A stretch of DNA of 60,913 nucleotides, filler included, from an uncultured bacterium (GCA_964471275.1; 5 parts of 5 records of this genome joined end to end with filler, not necessarily neighbours in it); one strand, 5' to 3'. Positions 38,835-49,012 are shown, counted from the whole stretch's first letter. The notes: generated by a model from the letters alone, not told the origin. Numbers and translations: made by a program.

Positions 38835-39117
38835 GTGCGTAAGACAAAGCCTTACTTCCTGGTCGGGGCAGATGGCAGCACCTACACAAGTCATGAGCCC
38901 GGAATGTTCGGTGGGCATCGAGGAAACAAGATCTATGGTACACTCGATTGTCCGGGTAGCGGCGATGTGGATTCACAAAGGACACTACGTGAAGCAGCGA
39001 GCGTTCTTTGCGACCGAAGAGGATGCGGTACGGGCGGGCTATCGTCCTTTCTGGCGCTGTCTGCGCAAGGACTACAACGCGTGGAAAACAGACTCGGGGG
39101 CCTATCGGTTAGGTTAG
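38835..39117 (+). pseudogene. Ada-type metal-binding-domain protein, frameshifted
   Basis: One frame gives GADG.TY.S.EPG.FGGHR..KIYG.LDCP and the next gives YVKQRAFFATEEDAVRAGYRPFWRC. The shift is near 38955 and the RPCxxC motif reads RPFWRC. Confidence 0.65.
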
Positions 39118-39211
39118 TTGGGCGGGTGAGGAGCCATCCGACGTTGCTCTCTTCTGCAATACCCCTATATTCGTGCCTCAACCCAACGTTACAACACTGA
39201 CTGGAGGCACG

Positions 39212-39973
39212 ATGTATCCGAATCCACTGAAGTCCAAGCTGCAGGCCGGTGAGACCGTTCTCGGAACCAGTTTGCCTGCTCCTGTCCCGAGTGTTGCAGG
39301 CATGGTTCTTAAGACGGGGCCAGATTTCCTCTGGATCGATACAGAGCACGCACCCTATGCGACGGAGTCCCTTGGTGCTATTCCTGTGCAGGCGCGGCAA
39401 GCGGGTGTGGCACCGATGATACGGGTCGCATGGAACGATCCTGCACTGATCAAAAAGGCATACGACACCGGCGCAGTGGCGGTGATGATCCCTCAGGTGG
39501 ATACAGCTGAAGATGCGGAGGATGTCGTCCGCTTCGCGAAGTATCCGCCCGATGGCAACCGGGGCCTCTCTCCGATGTGGACGATTACGGCCGGGGAAGA
39601 CTGGAACCGTGTGCTTGAAACAGCGAATGAGGAGACTGTCGTAATCGTTCAGATCGAGAGCCTTGAGGGCTACAACAATCTGGATGAGATCAAACAGGTT
39701 CCGGGAATCGATGTCCTGTTTCTTGGACCGCTCGATATGTCGGCTTCCGTAGGCAGGATCGGTGAGACCGGGTGTGAAGAGGTACAGAGCCTGATGCAGG
39801 AGTTTCCCGGACGACTCGAAGGAACTGACATCGTCCCAGGCACGACGCTTGTACAATTGGATGATATCAAGGAGAAGCTGGATTGGGGGTATCGGTTCAT
39901 GAACGTCGGTAACGCGCTCGGATATGGCGTCGATGTCGTGAAGTCGAACCTCGATGAGCTCAGACGTCGGTAA
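39212..39973 (+). CDS. HpcH/HpaI class II pyruvate aldolase family
   Basis: GGAGG RBS. NPLKSKL, DFLWIDTEHAP, IRVAWND, YPP.G.RG, VQIES and DVLFLGPLDMS motifs. Confidence 0.92.
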   Translation: MYPNPLKSKLQAGETVLGTSLPAPVPSVAGMVLKTGPDFLWIDTEHAPYATESLGAIPVQARQAGVAPMIRVAWNDPALIKKAYDTGAVAVMIPQVDTAEDAEDVVRFAKYPPDGNRGLSPMWTITAGEDWNRVLETANEETVVIVQIESLEGYNNLDEIKQVPGIDVLFLGPLDMSASVGRIGETGCEEVQSLMQEFPGRLEGTDIVPGTTLVQLDDIKEKLDWGYRFMNVGNALGYGVDVVKSNLDELRRR

Positions 39974-40000
39974 GGCGTCGTAACGTGTGAGGGCGGTGTT

Positions 40001-41218
40001 TTGAGTGGAGCGGTGAAGTTCGCTGTCGTGGGGTTGGGTGGGTATGGTCGATCTCACCTGCAGTCTGCAGCAGATATCGAGTCTGACGGTCTTGGCGTAC
40101 TTGATGCGGTCGTCTGCATCGATCCAGAAAACCATCCAGATAAGCTGGCAGATTATAACGAGCGGGGTGTGCGGGTTTTCAGCACACTCGATGATTTGAT
40201 CCAGGCCGATGGCATAGACGTGATCACGCTTCCCATTGGGATTCACGATCACGTTCGTCTGAGCCAGAAGTGCCTCGAGGCCGGATACCACGTGATCGTG
40301 GAGAAGCCGTTGGCAGGCGCCGTGCAGGATGCAGATCACTTGATCGACGTGCGTGACCGCACCGGCCAGACGATCCTGATCGGCTATCAACACCTGTACA
40401 GTTTGACGATACAGGGCCTGAAGGAGCGGGTTCTGGATGGCCGGCTGGGCAAGATCAGGATGGCCAGGCTCAAGGCGAGCTGGCCGCGTGGTGACCAATA
40501 CTATTCACGCAATCCGTGGGCCGGCACGCGTAAACGAGACGGTGTCTGGACTTTAGACAGCCCCATTAACAATGCGCTGGCGCACTATCTCACGAACATC
40601 TTCTACCTGTGCAGCGACTCGGCAGATGATCCGTGTGGGATCACCTCGGTTCAGGCAGAGCTGTATCGAGCCTGGGATATTGAGAATCTGGATACAGCCT
40701 GCTTGCGAGTCGAAACGGATTCCGACACGACTGCGCTGATCGCGATGTCACATACCGCGGGTGAAAATTTCGGTCCGATCATGGATCTCGAATGCGAGAA
40801 CGGCACCGTACACTGGACGACGGGAAGCGGCGAAATCACCTATACGAGCGGTGAACGCGAGATCCTAGAGGATGGTGACGATCGCATGAGAACGGGGCCA
40901 TGGCGGAACATGGTCAACGCGCTGCAGAATGGTGAGCGGATCATCTCCTCGCTGGAAGTCGGCCGCTCCCAGACACTCTGCATCAACGGGGCCCACGAGA
41001 GTTGCCCCGAGGTCCATCCATTTCCTGAAGCGGAGATCGAGACGGTGATGCACGACCAGGGAAAATTCCTGGTTGTGAACGGTCTTCGGGATCTGCTCCA
41101 CCAGAGTGCCGATGAAGGGAAGCTGTTCTCCGAGCTGGGGGTTGCATGGGCAGAGGGGAGTGAGGTCTACGGTCTTGCTGGCTACAACCACTTTCCTGCA
41201 AGTGAGTCTGATGGGTGA
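40001..41218 (+). CDS. Gfo/Idh/MocA family oxidoreductase
   Basis: FAVVGLGGYG, YHVIVEKP, YYSRNPWAG and DSPINNALAH motifs. Confidence 0.88.
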   Translation: MSGAVKFAVVGLGGYGRSHLQSAADIESDGLGVLDAVVCIDPENHPDKLADYNERGVRVFSTLDDLIQADGIDVITLPIGIHDHVRLSQKCLEAGYHVIVEKPLAGAVQDADHLIDVRDRTGQTILIGYQHLYSLTIQGLKERVLDGRLGKIRMARLKASWPRGDQYYSRNPWAGTRKRDGVWTLDSPINNALAHYLTNIFYLCSDSADDPCGITSVQAELYRAWDIENLDTACLRVETDSDTTALIAMSHTAGENFGPIMDLECENGTVHWTTGSGEITYTSGEREILEDGDDRMRTGPWRNMVNALQNGERIISSLEVGRSQTLCINGAHESCPEVHPFPEAEIETVMHDQGKFLVVNGLRDLLHQSADEGKLFSELGVAWAEGSEVYGLAGYNHFPASESDG

Positions 41219-41848
41219 TGTGAAGGAGATGTGAAGAAAGAAGATGCGTAGAATCAGGATGTGGTGTTTGGGACCTGCGGCGGAGTGAGATGAGGGTTGC
41301 CCGTATCTACCTTCTGGAATGTCGAACCCTTTGCTCTGGCAGGTCAGGGCTGTTCATATTCTCGATCACGGCGCCAACTCTTTCTCGACCTGCCCCGGCG
41401 CACTCAAGGTTTGCCAGCGTTCCAGGTATCGGCGCGTCCCTGCGCGGTGTCGACAGGTATCTGCAGAGCAAAGCCTCGTTTCATCTCTCTCCGAAGGTTT
41501 CGACAAGCTTCGTTATTCCTCGAATGATGACATCCTAGGCTTCTGGGTCCGTCGGGATATTCCCCACCTGGCCAAACCTCGCGATCTGTGTCGCAGCATA
41601 CTTTTCCCAGAAGCTAGGAATCCCCGGAATCCCGTCCAATGGGTTGCCTACGAGCGACGGATGTTGGGGCCATCTTTGGGAATGAAACCGAGCCCCTCAA
41701 TGAGGACGCCGAAGCCACGAGGGAATGAGGATCTGGAGACCACAACGGCAGGGCAAGGACGGTCGGACGCGTTTCGAGGTGGTGATTGGGTTGACCCACA
41801 GCAACCGCGCCGGTTACTTCCGCCCTTCACGGGAGCGGACTGAACCGG

Positions 41849-42769
41849 ATGGCAGATACAGAGATACAGAGTGGAACCTTGCACGCAAAGGGGCTGGCAA
41901 TTGGGATTGCCGGCCTCATCGTGTTGAGTCCGGATTCCTTGCTCATCCGGATGATCTCGGTTGGCGGGTGGACCCTCGTATTCTGGCGCGGACTTCTGAT
42001 GGGGTCAACGCTCCTGCTGGGGGTTGCGGTAACGAATCGGGGTGCTTTCGTTCGCACGGTAGGGTCGATCGGCAAGATCGGAGTGCTGGCTGCTGCGCTG
42101 CAGGCTGCAGGTTCAATCTGCTTCGTGATGTCTATTCTGAACACCCAGGTTGCGAATACGCTGATAATCCTGGGTTCCATCCCCATGTTTGCCGCAATCT
42201 TCAGCACCGTATTCTTGAAAGAGCGCGCAAGTCTGCACACCTGGCTTGCGATTCCCGTGGCCGCGATCGGAATCGCGATCACAGTGCACGGCGGGCTTGA
42301 ACTCGGTCAATGGAAGGGAGATCTGCTCGCGTTCGTTACGGCTTGCTGCGGGAGCACTCACCTTATCCTGCTGAGGTATGCTCGCGATCGAAACATGACT
42401 CCGAGTGCCGCGCTCGGCGGGCTGTTTGGCGCATCAGCGGCCTTTGTGGTTGCGCCGACGATAGCCGTCCCCTCGGCGGACATCCCCTATATCGCCATCC
42501 TCGGCACCGTTGTCATTCCTATAGCCTTTGCCTGTTTCGTGACGGCGCCTCGCTATATCCCCGCGCCGGAGATGAGCCTGGTTGTGCTGATGGAGATGGT
42601 TCTGGGACCATACTGGGTCTGGCTGGGGCTGGGTGAGCAACCGACAAATTCGGCGCTACTCGGCGGTGGGATTGTGCTGGTGACGCTAATTGTGCATTCG
42701 GGGATTTCGCTCAGATGGGAGCGGGAGAAGCGGAGAGTGGTGCGCTCGTCTGGGCACGTGATTCAGTGA
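41849..42769 (+). CDS. DMT/EamA family transporter
   Basis: About 10 TM segments in two repeats. LSPDSLLIR, FWRG, FLKER and E.VLGP.WVW...GE.P motifs. Confidence 0.88.
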   Translation: MADTEIQSGTLHAKGLAIGIAGLIVLSPDSLLIRMISVGGWTLVFWRGLLMGSTLLLGVAVTNRGAFVRTVGSIGKIGVLAAALQAAGSICFVMSILNTQVANTLIILGSIPMFAAIFSTVFLKERASLHTWLAIPVAAIGIAITVHGGLELGQWKGDLLAFVTACCGSTHLILLRYARDRNMTPSAALGGLFGASAAFVVAPTIAVPSADIPYIAILGTVVIPIAFACFVTAPRYIPAPEMSLVVLMEMVLGPYWVWLGLGEQPTNSALLGGGIVLVTLIVHSGISLRWEREKRRVVRSSGHVIQ

Positions 42770-42776
42770 TTCGGCC

Positions 42777-43440
42777 TCAGGACAAGGTCGCGAGCCAACC
42801 TTCTATCGTGTAGTAGGGAGAATCCAGTTCTGACGGTGCAAGACAGGCGAGGTCCTCTCGCGGTATGGCGCCCAGACCCAGATCAGGGAGGGTTGCGCCG
42901 CGTTGATGCAGGTCTGTTCCATAGAGCTTCTCCAGCACAACGCCGTTTTCGTCACACCACCTACCGGCGTTCGTCGTGGGCAGCGCGGCGATCTGATCGA
43001 GCGACATTGCCGGCGTATCCAGATGGCGACCTATCCACTCGAGGGCGGTCTTGTGCCCGGGATAGGGTCGATGGCCGCCCCCTGACTCGAACCAGTACCC
43101 TACCTTACCTTTCCCCAAAGCTCCGTTCAACAGAATCGATCGCCCTGCGTGTATCCTCCCAGACACGGCCCGTTCCATCGTCGTCGATGATAGGATCGGT
43201 GTATCCATTTGGGACGAGTATCGCACAGTCCGGGGACGCGAGAGACAGGAATTCGGGTCAGTCGCAAACCTCCCGCAATCTGATGTTCGGAATCCGGGTG
43301 CAGAACTTACCGTCTACGGTGAGATGGTCACTATAGCCCCATCCGGATACAAGCCCGGGCCTCAGCCGAGGTTCGAGGGCGAGCATCCAGATGGCTTTGG
43401 CATCGCCGAGGGAGTTGCCTGCCACACCGATACGGTCGAG
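42777..43440 (-). pseudogene. C-terminal part of an alpha/beta-hydrolase, degraded
   Basis: Minus strand from 43440 reads LDRIGVAGNSLG (GxSxG)...EVCD-stop(TGA 43258-43260)-PEFLSLASP, then shifts frame into GGHRPY...WLATLS. There is no N-terminal half. Confidence 0.6.
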
Positions 43441-43604
43441 GCAATGTCCAGCGCATCAGGGAGACCCCGGCGGAGGAGAAAGAAGACGAAGAGAAGAAAC
43501 ATGCCGAGAACCGGTCCCAGGACGGGAAGAGACAGCGTGTGCACGCCGACCTCGCCGATGAGCTGGAAAATCAGGAGCAGGATTATGCCGTTTAGAAAGG
43601 TCAT
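43441..43604 (-). pseudogene. CidA/LrgA holin-like protein, N-terminal half only
   Basis: LNGIILLLIFQLIGE...LSLPVLGPVLGMFLLF matches the CidA/LrgA N-terminus. The L.LLFVPAGVG half is missing. Confidence 0.65.
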
Positions 43605-43637
43605 AGAGATCAGTGAGTGGTGGAAGTGCTGGCTACG

Positions 43638-44687
43638 TCAGGTGAGGAAGATGCCAAGTTTGGTGGCCCAGTCGGTGATCTGCGACCAGGTTTCGTCTTC
43701 AACAAAGATGCCTTCCTTTGCGCGCTGGCGGCGGACCTTTGCCTCGATTTCACCGGGGAGGAGGATTTCGTCGAAGCCTTGGGCTGGCGGAGAGGATTTT
43801 ACGTGTGCAATGAAGGTGTCTGCCTCTTTGTAGAAGTCCTCCAGCGGAAGGAACTGGGCAATGTCCAGAATAATGAGCAGGACACCATTGCTGAGGCGCT
43901 GGTCCTTGCCGATGCATCCATTCCCGCTCAGGACGCCCGCGAGCAGCTCAATCGCGATATTCAGACCGTATCCCTTGTGGCCGGCTGTCATTCCGCCCAA
44001 TGGGAGGATGCTGCCTGGTGGATCTCCGTAAAGGAGGTTCGGATCGTTGGTCGGGTTGCCTTCGGAATCGAGGAGCCACCCCTCCGGGGTTTGCTCGCCG
44101 CGGTTTCGTTTGACACGGACCTTACCCTCGGCGACAACGGTTGTGGTCATATCCATGACGATCGAGGTGCCGGAAGAGTGCGGGATTCCGAAGGCTATCG
44201 GGTCGGTGACGAGACGCGGCTCGGTACCTCCCCAGGGCGCCATCCGGTAGCCTGGTGTCCCGACAGCGTTGACGAAGAGGAGCCCGACCATGCCCTGGAG
44301 GGCGATGAGGTCGACGTAGCTTCCGAGACGTCCGATGTGGTTGGCCTGGCGGACAGCGACAGCGGCGAGGCCGCTCTTCCTTGCCTTTGCAAGACCGATG
44401 TCCACAGCCCGGCTCATCGTAACCTGCCCGAAACCCCAATTCCCGTCGACGATTGCCGTGATCGGCGTCTCCTGCGTGGTCGTGACCTCGGCATCCGTCA
44501 CCACATCGCCCTTCTCCACCGAGTCCAGATACTGTGGAATCCGAATGATCCCGTGGGAGTCGTGGCCGGTCGCGTTCGCTTCCGCCAGGAGTCGTGCGAC
44601 AAGCAGGGCGTTCTCGGATGAAGCTCCGGCGGCTAGGATCACTTTGGCGGCGGCTGTGACGATTTCTGCTTCGGTGAAATTGGGCAT
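43638..44687 (-). CDS. Ldh_2 family oxidoreductase (malate/L-lactate/ureidoglycolate type 2)
   Basis: GHDSHG..RIPQY, VDGNWGFGQ, NHIGRLG.Y, MDMTTT.VAEGK, GHKGYGL and LPGE.E motifs. Confidence 0.92.
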   Translation of the reverse strand: MPNFTEAEIVTAAAKVILAAGASSENALLVARLLAEANATGHDSHGIIRIPQYLDSVEKGDVVTDAEVTTTQETPITAIVDGNWGFGQVTMSRAVDIGLAKARKSGLAAVAVRQANHIGRLGSYVDLIALQGMVGLLFVNAVGTPGYRMAPWGGTEPRLVTDPIAFGIPHSSGTSIVMDMTTTVVAEGKVRVKRNRGEQTPEGWLLDSEGNPTNDPNLLYGDPPGSILPLGGMTAGHKGYGLNIAIELLAGVLSGNGCIGKDQRLSNGVLLIILDIAQFLPLEDFYKEADTFIAHVKSSPPAQGFDEILLPGEIEAKVRRQRAKEGIFVEDETWSQITDWATKLGIFLT

Positions 44688-44742
44688 GGGTTCTCCTGAA
44701 GAGTGTTAGCGTCAGATCTGGCGCTGACCTAGCTGTGTCTGG

Positions 44743-45528
44743 TCACGGGGTGATTGGACTGCCGATCCACGCTTGGGGAGTATCGACGCCAAGCTGAGTC
44801 GCGATGGTAGGGGCCACGTCCGTTATGCGGACTTCGCGATCGATCTCTACGCACTCCCCGTCCTTGCCTTTGGGTGCCATGATGAAGGGGATGGTCATGT
44901 CCTCATCCGACTCGGTTCCGTGTGTCTTCAGGTGTCCTCCGTGGTCTGCCGTCACAATCGCCATCGCGCCATCTGTCATTGCACCGATCACTTGGCCAAT
45001 GCAGCGATCCGCGTTCGAGATTGCTGCAAGATACTCGTCGGACATCCATCCGTGTGCGTGGCCCGTTTCGTCCGTGCATCCCAGGTAGACAAAGGCGAAA
45101 TCGGGCTGGCATTTCCTCAGATGCGCGGTGGCAGCCTCTGCAAGATCTCTGTCACCATCGCCACTCAGATCTCCAGCAGTTGCCGAGAACCAGGCGTGGT
45201 CAAGACTTCCCGGACGGGACAGGTCACGAAGCTCTTCCCAGTTGTAGAATGCAGCCGTTTGTTTCCCTGCCGCATGCAGCACGTCAGTGAGACCCGGAAT
45301 TGGACGCACCTGCGGCATCCACGTGTTTGTGGTGATACCGTGTCGATCGGGTTCGACGCTGTGGAACAGAGACGTGTGGCAAGGAAGCGTGACAGAGGGC
45401 ATGATCGTCCGCGCCACCATGGTCGACGCACCTGATTCGATCAGGTGATCTACGCTGGGCGTGTTCGCTTGTGTGAGACCGTCTGGGCGCATTCCATCGA
45501 CGAGAAAGAGGACGACCTGGTGTGTCAT
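44743..45528 (-). CDS. Alkaline-phosphatase-superfamily phosphodiesterase/nucleotide pyrophosphatase
   Basis: LVDGMRPD, PSVTLPCH.SLF, D..GH.HGW, VTADHGGH and ITDVAPT motifs. Confidence 0.88.
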   Translation of the reverse strand: MTHQVVLFLVDGMRPDGLTQANTPSVDHLIESGASTMVARTIMPSVTLPCHTSLFHSVEPDRHGITTNTWMPQVRPIPGLTDVLHAAGKQTAAFYNWEELRDLSRPGSLDHAWFSATAGDLSGDGDRDLAEAATAHLRKCQPDFAFVYLGCTDETGHAHGWMSDEYLAAISNADRCIGQVIGAMTDGAMAIVTADHGGHLKTHGTESDEDMTIPFIMAPKGKDGECVEIDREVRITDVAPTIATQLGVDTPQAWIGSPITP

Positions 45529-45701
45529 AGAACCTGCCTTGTGAAGACCGCAGTAAGCTACAAGCTGATTGCTCACATCCTGCCGTTGCGGGGCTCTTTA
45601 GCCGACGCTGCCGTACGTGTATCCTGCTGAGCCGGAGCAGCAAGGCTTCCGGGGTGTCATTGGCCCTGGCCGAGTTGGCCTATTCTTGCATTTGAATGCA
45701 G

Positions 45702-46688
45702 CTACATCAGTCCGGGTGTGTGGAGAACCATGTCGTCGACAATCGTCCGAGCGGGCGGAATTCCCAGTTTTCCCAGCTCGTCCCGGTAGATCCTGACGCC
45801 TTCTTCCGGCTCGACGTTACCGTCAGCGACCTCGCGGAGCGTTTCAACAAAGACGCGCGGATTCTCTGCACCTTTGATACGACGACCGAATAGGGCGACG
45901 CGGGAGCCGTACTTCTTGGCTTCGGCTATGAGCTTGTATGCGTCGTAGGTGGTGCTGGTCACACCTCCGAGGATACCGACGATGACGGAGGGGTCATAGG
46001 TGACGAGCGCCTCCATTGATTCCGGGCCATTGTAAGCGATTTTCAGGAATTCGGGCCGTGACGCGCGAGGGATGCCGGCGAGCATCCGGGCAATGTTGTC
46101 GACGACGAAGTTTCCGATCTGGTCATCGGGGATACCGCAGTCCTGCACGTTCGGGTTGAAGACCTCGAGGAAGTAGCGGAATCCGTTCTGAGCCGCTTCG
46201 ATGCGAAAATCCTTGAACTGTTCGAGGCTGAACCAATCGGCGTCGAGGTCGTTGTTAAACGTGACCGAGTAGAGACCCAGGTTAACATCAGGAACCTGCC
46301 CGTCTTCGGGCAGGAGGGTGCCGTACTGGGCCTCCTCGATTGTGGTAGTTGCAAAGGGCCTTGATGCGTGTTTCTGGTAACTCCCGCCTCTTGATGCCCA
46401 GAGGTCGGTGGTATCGTTTGCGCGGACCGCAGGCGTCACGGCAGAGCTGTCAAAGATTCGGCGCTCGCGTGCCAGAATATCCATGCTGGAGACGGATGTC
46501 AGGAGGATATCGATCTTTGCCTGATCGACAAGCTCCGCGAGACCGTCGCAGAAGCAGTGGATCGATGTTTTCGGTGGGAGCGTCGCGACACCCCAGGACA
46601 TGTCCGGATCCGCGGCATACGCGATGATGAAGGCGTCTGTGTTCGGATCTGTGCGAATGTCTTCCAGTTTGGAATCCAGCGATTTCAA
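45702..46688 (-). CDS. Hypothetical protein, probable class I aldolase-like TIM barrel
   Basis: GLYSVTFNND, YFLEVFNP, FLKIAY (possible Schiff-base Lys), VGILGG and ALFGRRI motifs. Confidence 0.6.
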   Translation of the reverse strand: MKSLDSKLEDIRTDPNTDAFIIAYAADPDMSWGVATLPPKTSIHCFCDGLAELVDQAKIDILLTSVSSMDILARERRIFDSSAVTPAVRANDTTDLWASRGGSYQKHASRPFATTTIEEAQYGTLLPEDGQVPDVNLGLYSVTFNNDLDADWFSLEQFKDFRIEAAQNGFRYFLEVFNPNVQDCGIPDDQIGNFVVDNIARMLAGIPRASRPEFLKIAYNGPESMEALVTYDPSVIVGILGGVTSTTYDAYKLIAEAKKYGSRVALFGRRIKGAENPRVFVETLREVADGNVEPEEGVRIYRDELGKLGIPPARTIVDDMVLHTPGLM

Positions 46689-46724
46689 AATAGGCCAACC
46701 TTGTGAGTTTCCGTGGACCGGATG

Positions 46725-47681
46725 TCATGCGATTTCCGGCATCCGGTAGACGCGAGCTGCAGTGTCGTGGAATAGTGCGGCTTGTTCGGATAACGGCAAG
46801 TGAGATGTCCAGCGGTGAAACAGTCCGTAGAGCGTCGGGATATCGATCCCGTGGATACGATCGACAGGATAGTTGCTGGCGAACATGCAGCGGTCGGGAC
46901 CAAAGAGTTCGATCGTCTCAAGGACCAGATCTCTAACTCTGGCTTCCTTTTCCGGGTCTTCGTGATAGCCATTCTGGCCAAAGTAGAGCATCGAGAGCTT
47001 GATATGGGTGTGGGAGACTCCTGCCAGGACACGCATCCCTTCCCTCCACATCTGCTCGTAGGCTTCGTCCTCACCCTCGTGGAACGAGCCAAGATGATCC
47101 AGGATGACGGGGGTTTGTGGATAACCCGAGAAGGTCTCAGCGGCATCCAGGAGTTGATGCGGGTTGCACTGCAGGTCGAAGGACAGTCCGAGCTCACCCA
47201 GCAAAGCGACTCCCTCCTGGAAGACAGGATCGGAAAGGAAACGGTCGTGTTCAACCTGAGGCCAGGTGAGGTCCGGGTTCTCGCCGTGATGATTGAGGAT
47301 CATGCGAACGCCACGGAGTCGTCCTCCCGCCACATCCAGATGCTCCTGTAGGACTGCGGAAGACTCATCGGTGCTTCTCCCGAGATGCACGAAGGCGGCG
47401 ATCCCGATCGGGTGACCGGTTTGGGCCATCTGATTGACTACAAATCGGGTCTCTCCAATCGTGTCGAGAGCATAGCCACCGGGCATCTGTCCCACGATCG
47501 TCTCCACGTGCACACTGGAGACAATCTTGAGGGGTGCCGGTAGCTTGCTCATATCGTCGAGGTAGTCTGAGGCGAGATAGACGGGCTTTGGGTGCTTGTC
47601 AGCGTTGCCCAGGTTGGGGTTCGGTCTCCGGTTGATATCCCAGAGGTGGAAGTGGGGATCACAGACGGGGATGGCTTCCAT
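46725..47681 (-). CDS. Amidohydrolase_2 family protein (lactonase-like)
   Basis: DPHFHLWD, SVHVE, RGVR, LSFDLQ, ILDHLG and FGPDRCMFASNYPVD motifs. Confidence 0.9.
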   Translation of the reverse strand: MEAIPVCDPHFHLWDINRRPNPNLGNADKHPKPVYLASDYLDDMSKLPAPLKIVSSVHVETIVGQMPGGYALDTIGETRFVVNQMAQTGHPIGIAAFVHLGRSTDESSAVLQEHLDVAGGRLRGVRMILNHHGENPDLTWPQVEHDRFLSDPVFQEGVALLGELGLSFDLQCNPHQLLDAAETFSGYPQTPVILDHLGSFHEGEDEAYEQMWREGMRVLAGVSHTHIKLSMLYFGQNGYHEDPEKEARVRDLVLETIELFGPDRCMFASNYPVDRIHGIDIPTLYGLFHRWTSHLPLSEQAALFHDTAARVYRMPEIA

Positions 47682-47729
47682 TATTCTGCTCCGATTGTTG
47701 TGAGAGGCTTGCAGTCAACCCCGAGTGAG

Positions 47730-48314
47730 TCATCTCGCTGGCTCGTCGCCACGGATGCTTAGTAGAAAGAGGATGCCGCTGACTGCCGCAAGCAGGAAGC
47801 CGATCAGCGATATCGGTGGGAGACCGCCGTGCCAGTTAGTAGCATCCGACCAACCGATTGAATCCATTGCGACCAGATGTCCCGCTACGGCAAGCGATGA
47901 CAGGGCTTGCAAGGCAATCTTGATTGACTTGGTCGGCAGGCGATACCGAATGAGCCAGAAACCGTAGGCACCCAATACGCCCGACCCGATCGCCAATTGA
48001 CCTCGCATACTCATCGTGTCCTGAGTAAAGAAAGTCGGGTAGTAGGCCTTGGAGAGCATTGCCAGAGAGAGGATGAGGTGAACGTAACCGGCCTGCAGAG
48101 CCGCCATCCCGTAGAAGTGTGTTTGATCCGGCAAGCCGCGGCGGTGCGAAACAGCGGCCCCAAAGAGAAGTGTAACCGATGCCATCGACACGGCTTTATT
48201 CAGAAGAAACGCAGGTATCTGGTCGGTAGCGATGGGACCGAAAACGACATAACGAAGCAACGTGTAGGCGATGCAGGCGAGCAGGATGGCAATCGCGATA
48301 CGGATCATGTGCAT
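47730..48314 (-). CDS. Membrane protein resembling a ferric-reductase-like (STEAP/MsrQ-type) TM domain
   Basis: About 6 TM segments, IP.FLLNKA, two intramembrane His (YVHLILSL, AGHLVAM) and W...LPPISLI. Confidence 0.55.
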   Translation of the reverse strand: MHMIRIAIAILLACIAYTLLRYVVFGPIATDQIPAFLLNKAVSMASVTLLFGAAVSHRRGLPDQTHFYGMAALQAGYVHLILSLAMLSKAYYPTFFTQDTMSMRGQLAIGSGVLGAYGFWLIRYRLPTKSIKIALQALSSLAVAGHLVAMDSIGWSDATNWHGGLPPISLIGFLLAAVSGILFLLSIRGDEPAR

Positions 48315-48961
48315 GCCTGATTTTCGATGTCCCAGCCCTTGTCTGGCTCTGCGATAAAACGCATTTCTTCATCACGAGTTGGGTGCTTGATCAGCATCTC
48401 TCGCGAGTGAAGGGCGATCCCATCAGGAATGAATGGGAGAGTCGAGCCGTACCGTCTGTCGCCCAGTATTGCATGGCCCCGATGTGAAAATTGCACTCGA
48501 ATCTGGTGGTGTCTTCCGGTTTCAAGGTTGATTGCCACCTTACTCACGCCCGCATCGACTCCTGTTCGGCAGAAGCTCAGATGCGCCTCTTTTCCTTCCA
48601 ATGAATCGACAATTCTGGACGTATACTCGATTCGCTCGAGGCGGTCGATCCAGGTCGCCGTTTCCGGAACCTTGCCATATACCTGCGCCCAGTAGGTCTT
48701 ACGGGGCCGGTGCGATCGTATTTCCTCGGACAAGCGAGAGGCCGCTTTCGATGTTCTTGCGAGGACGACAACGCCTGATGCCGGTCGATCGAGCCGATGG
48801 ACAAGGCTCAGAAAGACGTTTCCCTGCTTACCGTACTTTTCGCGCAGCCAGGCTTTCCCCTCATCGAGCAAGGTAGGTCTACCCGTTTGATCGCCCTGGA
48901 CCAACTGGCCGCAGGGCTTGTTTACGACAAGCAGGTGATTGTCATCGTAGATCACATCCAT
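48305..48961 (-). CDS. RluA family pseudouridine synthase
   Basis: LVVNKP.G, VHRLDRPASG, LETGRHHQIRVQ, ILGD.RYG and LH...L...HP motifs. Confidence 0.93.
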   Translation of the reverse strand: MDVIYDDNHLLVVNKPCGQLVQGDQTGRPTLLDEGKAWLREKYGKQGNVFLSLVHRLDRPASGVVVLARTSKAASRLSEEIRSHRPRKTYWAQVYGKVPETATWIDRLERIEYTSRIVDSLEGKEAHLSFCRTGVDAGVSKVAINLETGRHHQIRVQFSHRGHAILGDRRYGSTLPFIPDGIALHSREMLIKHPTRDEEMRFIAEPDKGWDIENQACT

Positions 48962-49012
48962 ATGTGCGGATTCCCAGCCATTCGGTTCGCATTATACAGG
49001 GAAGGCTGAACT

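Noticed and set aside
41220..41848. ORFs in the 630-bp intergenic region
   Set aside because: Plus-strand ORFs look non-coding. A minus-strand frame with two internal stops might be a decayed gene, but it matches nothing I recognise.
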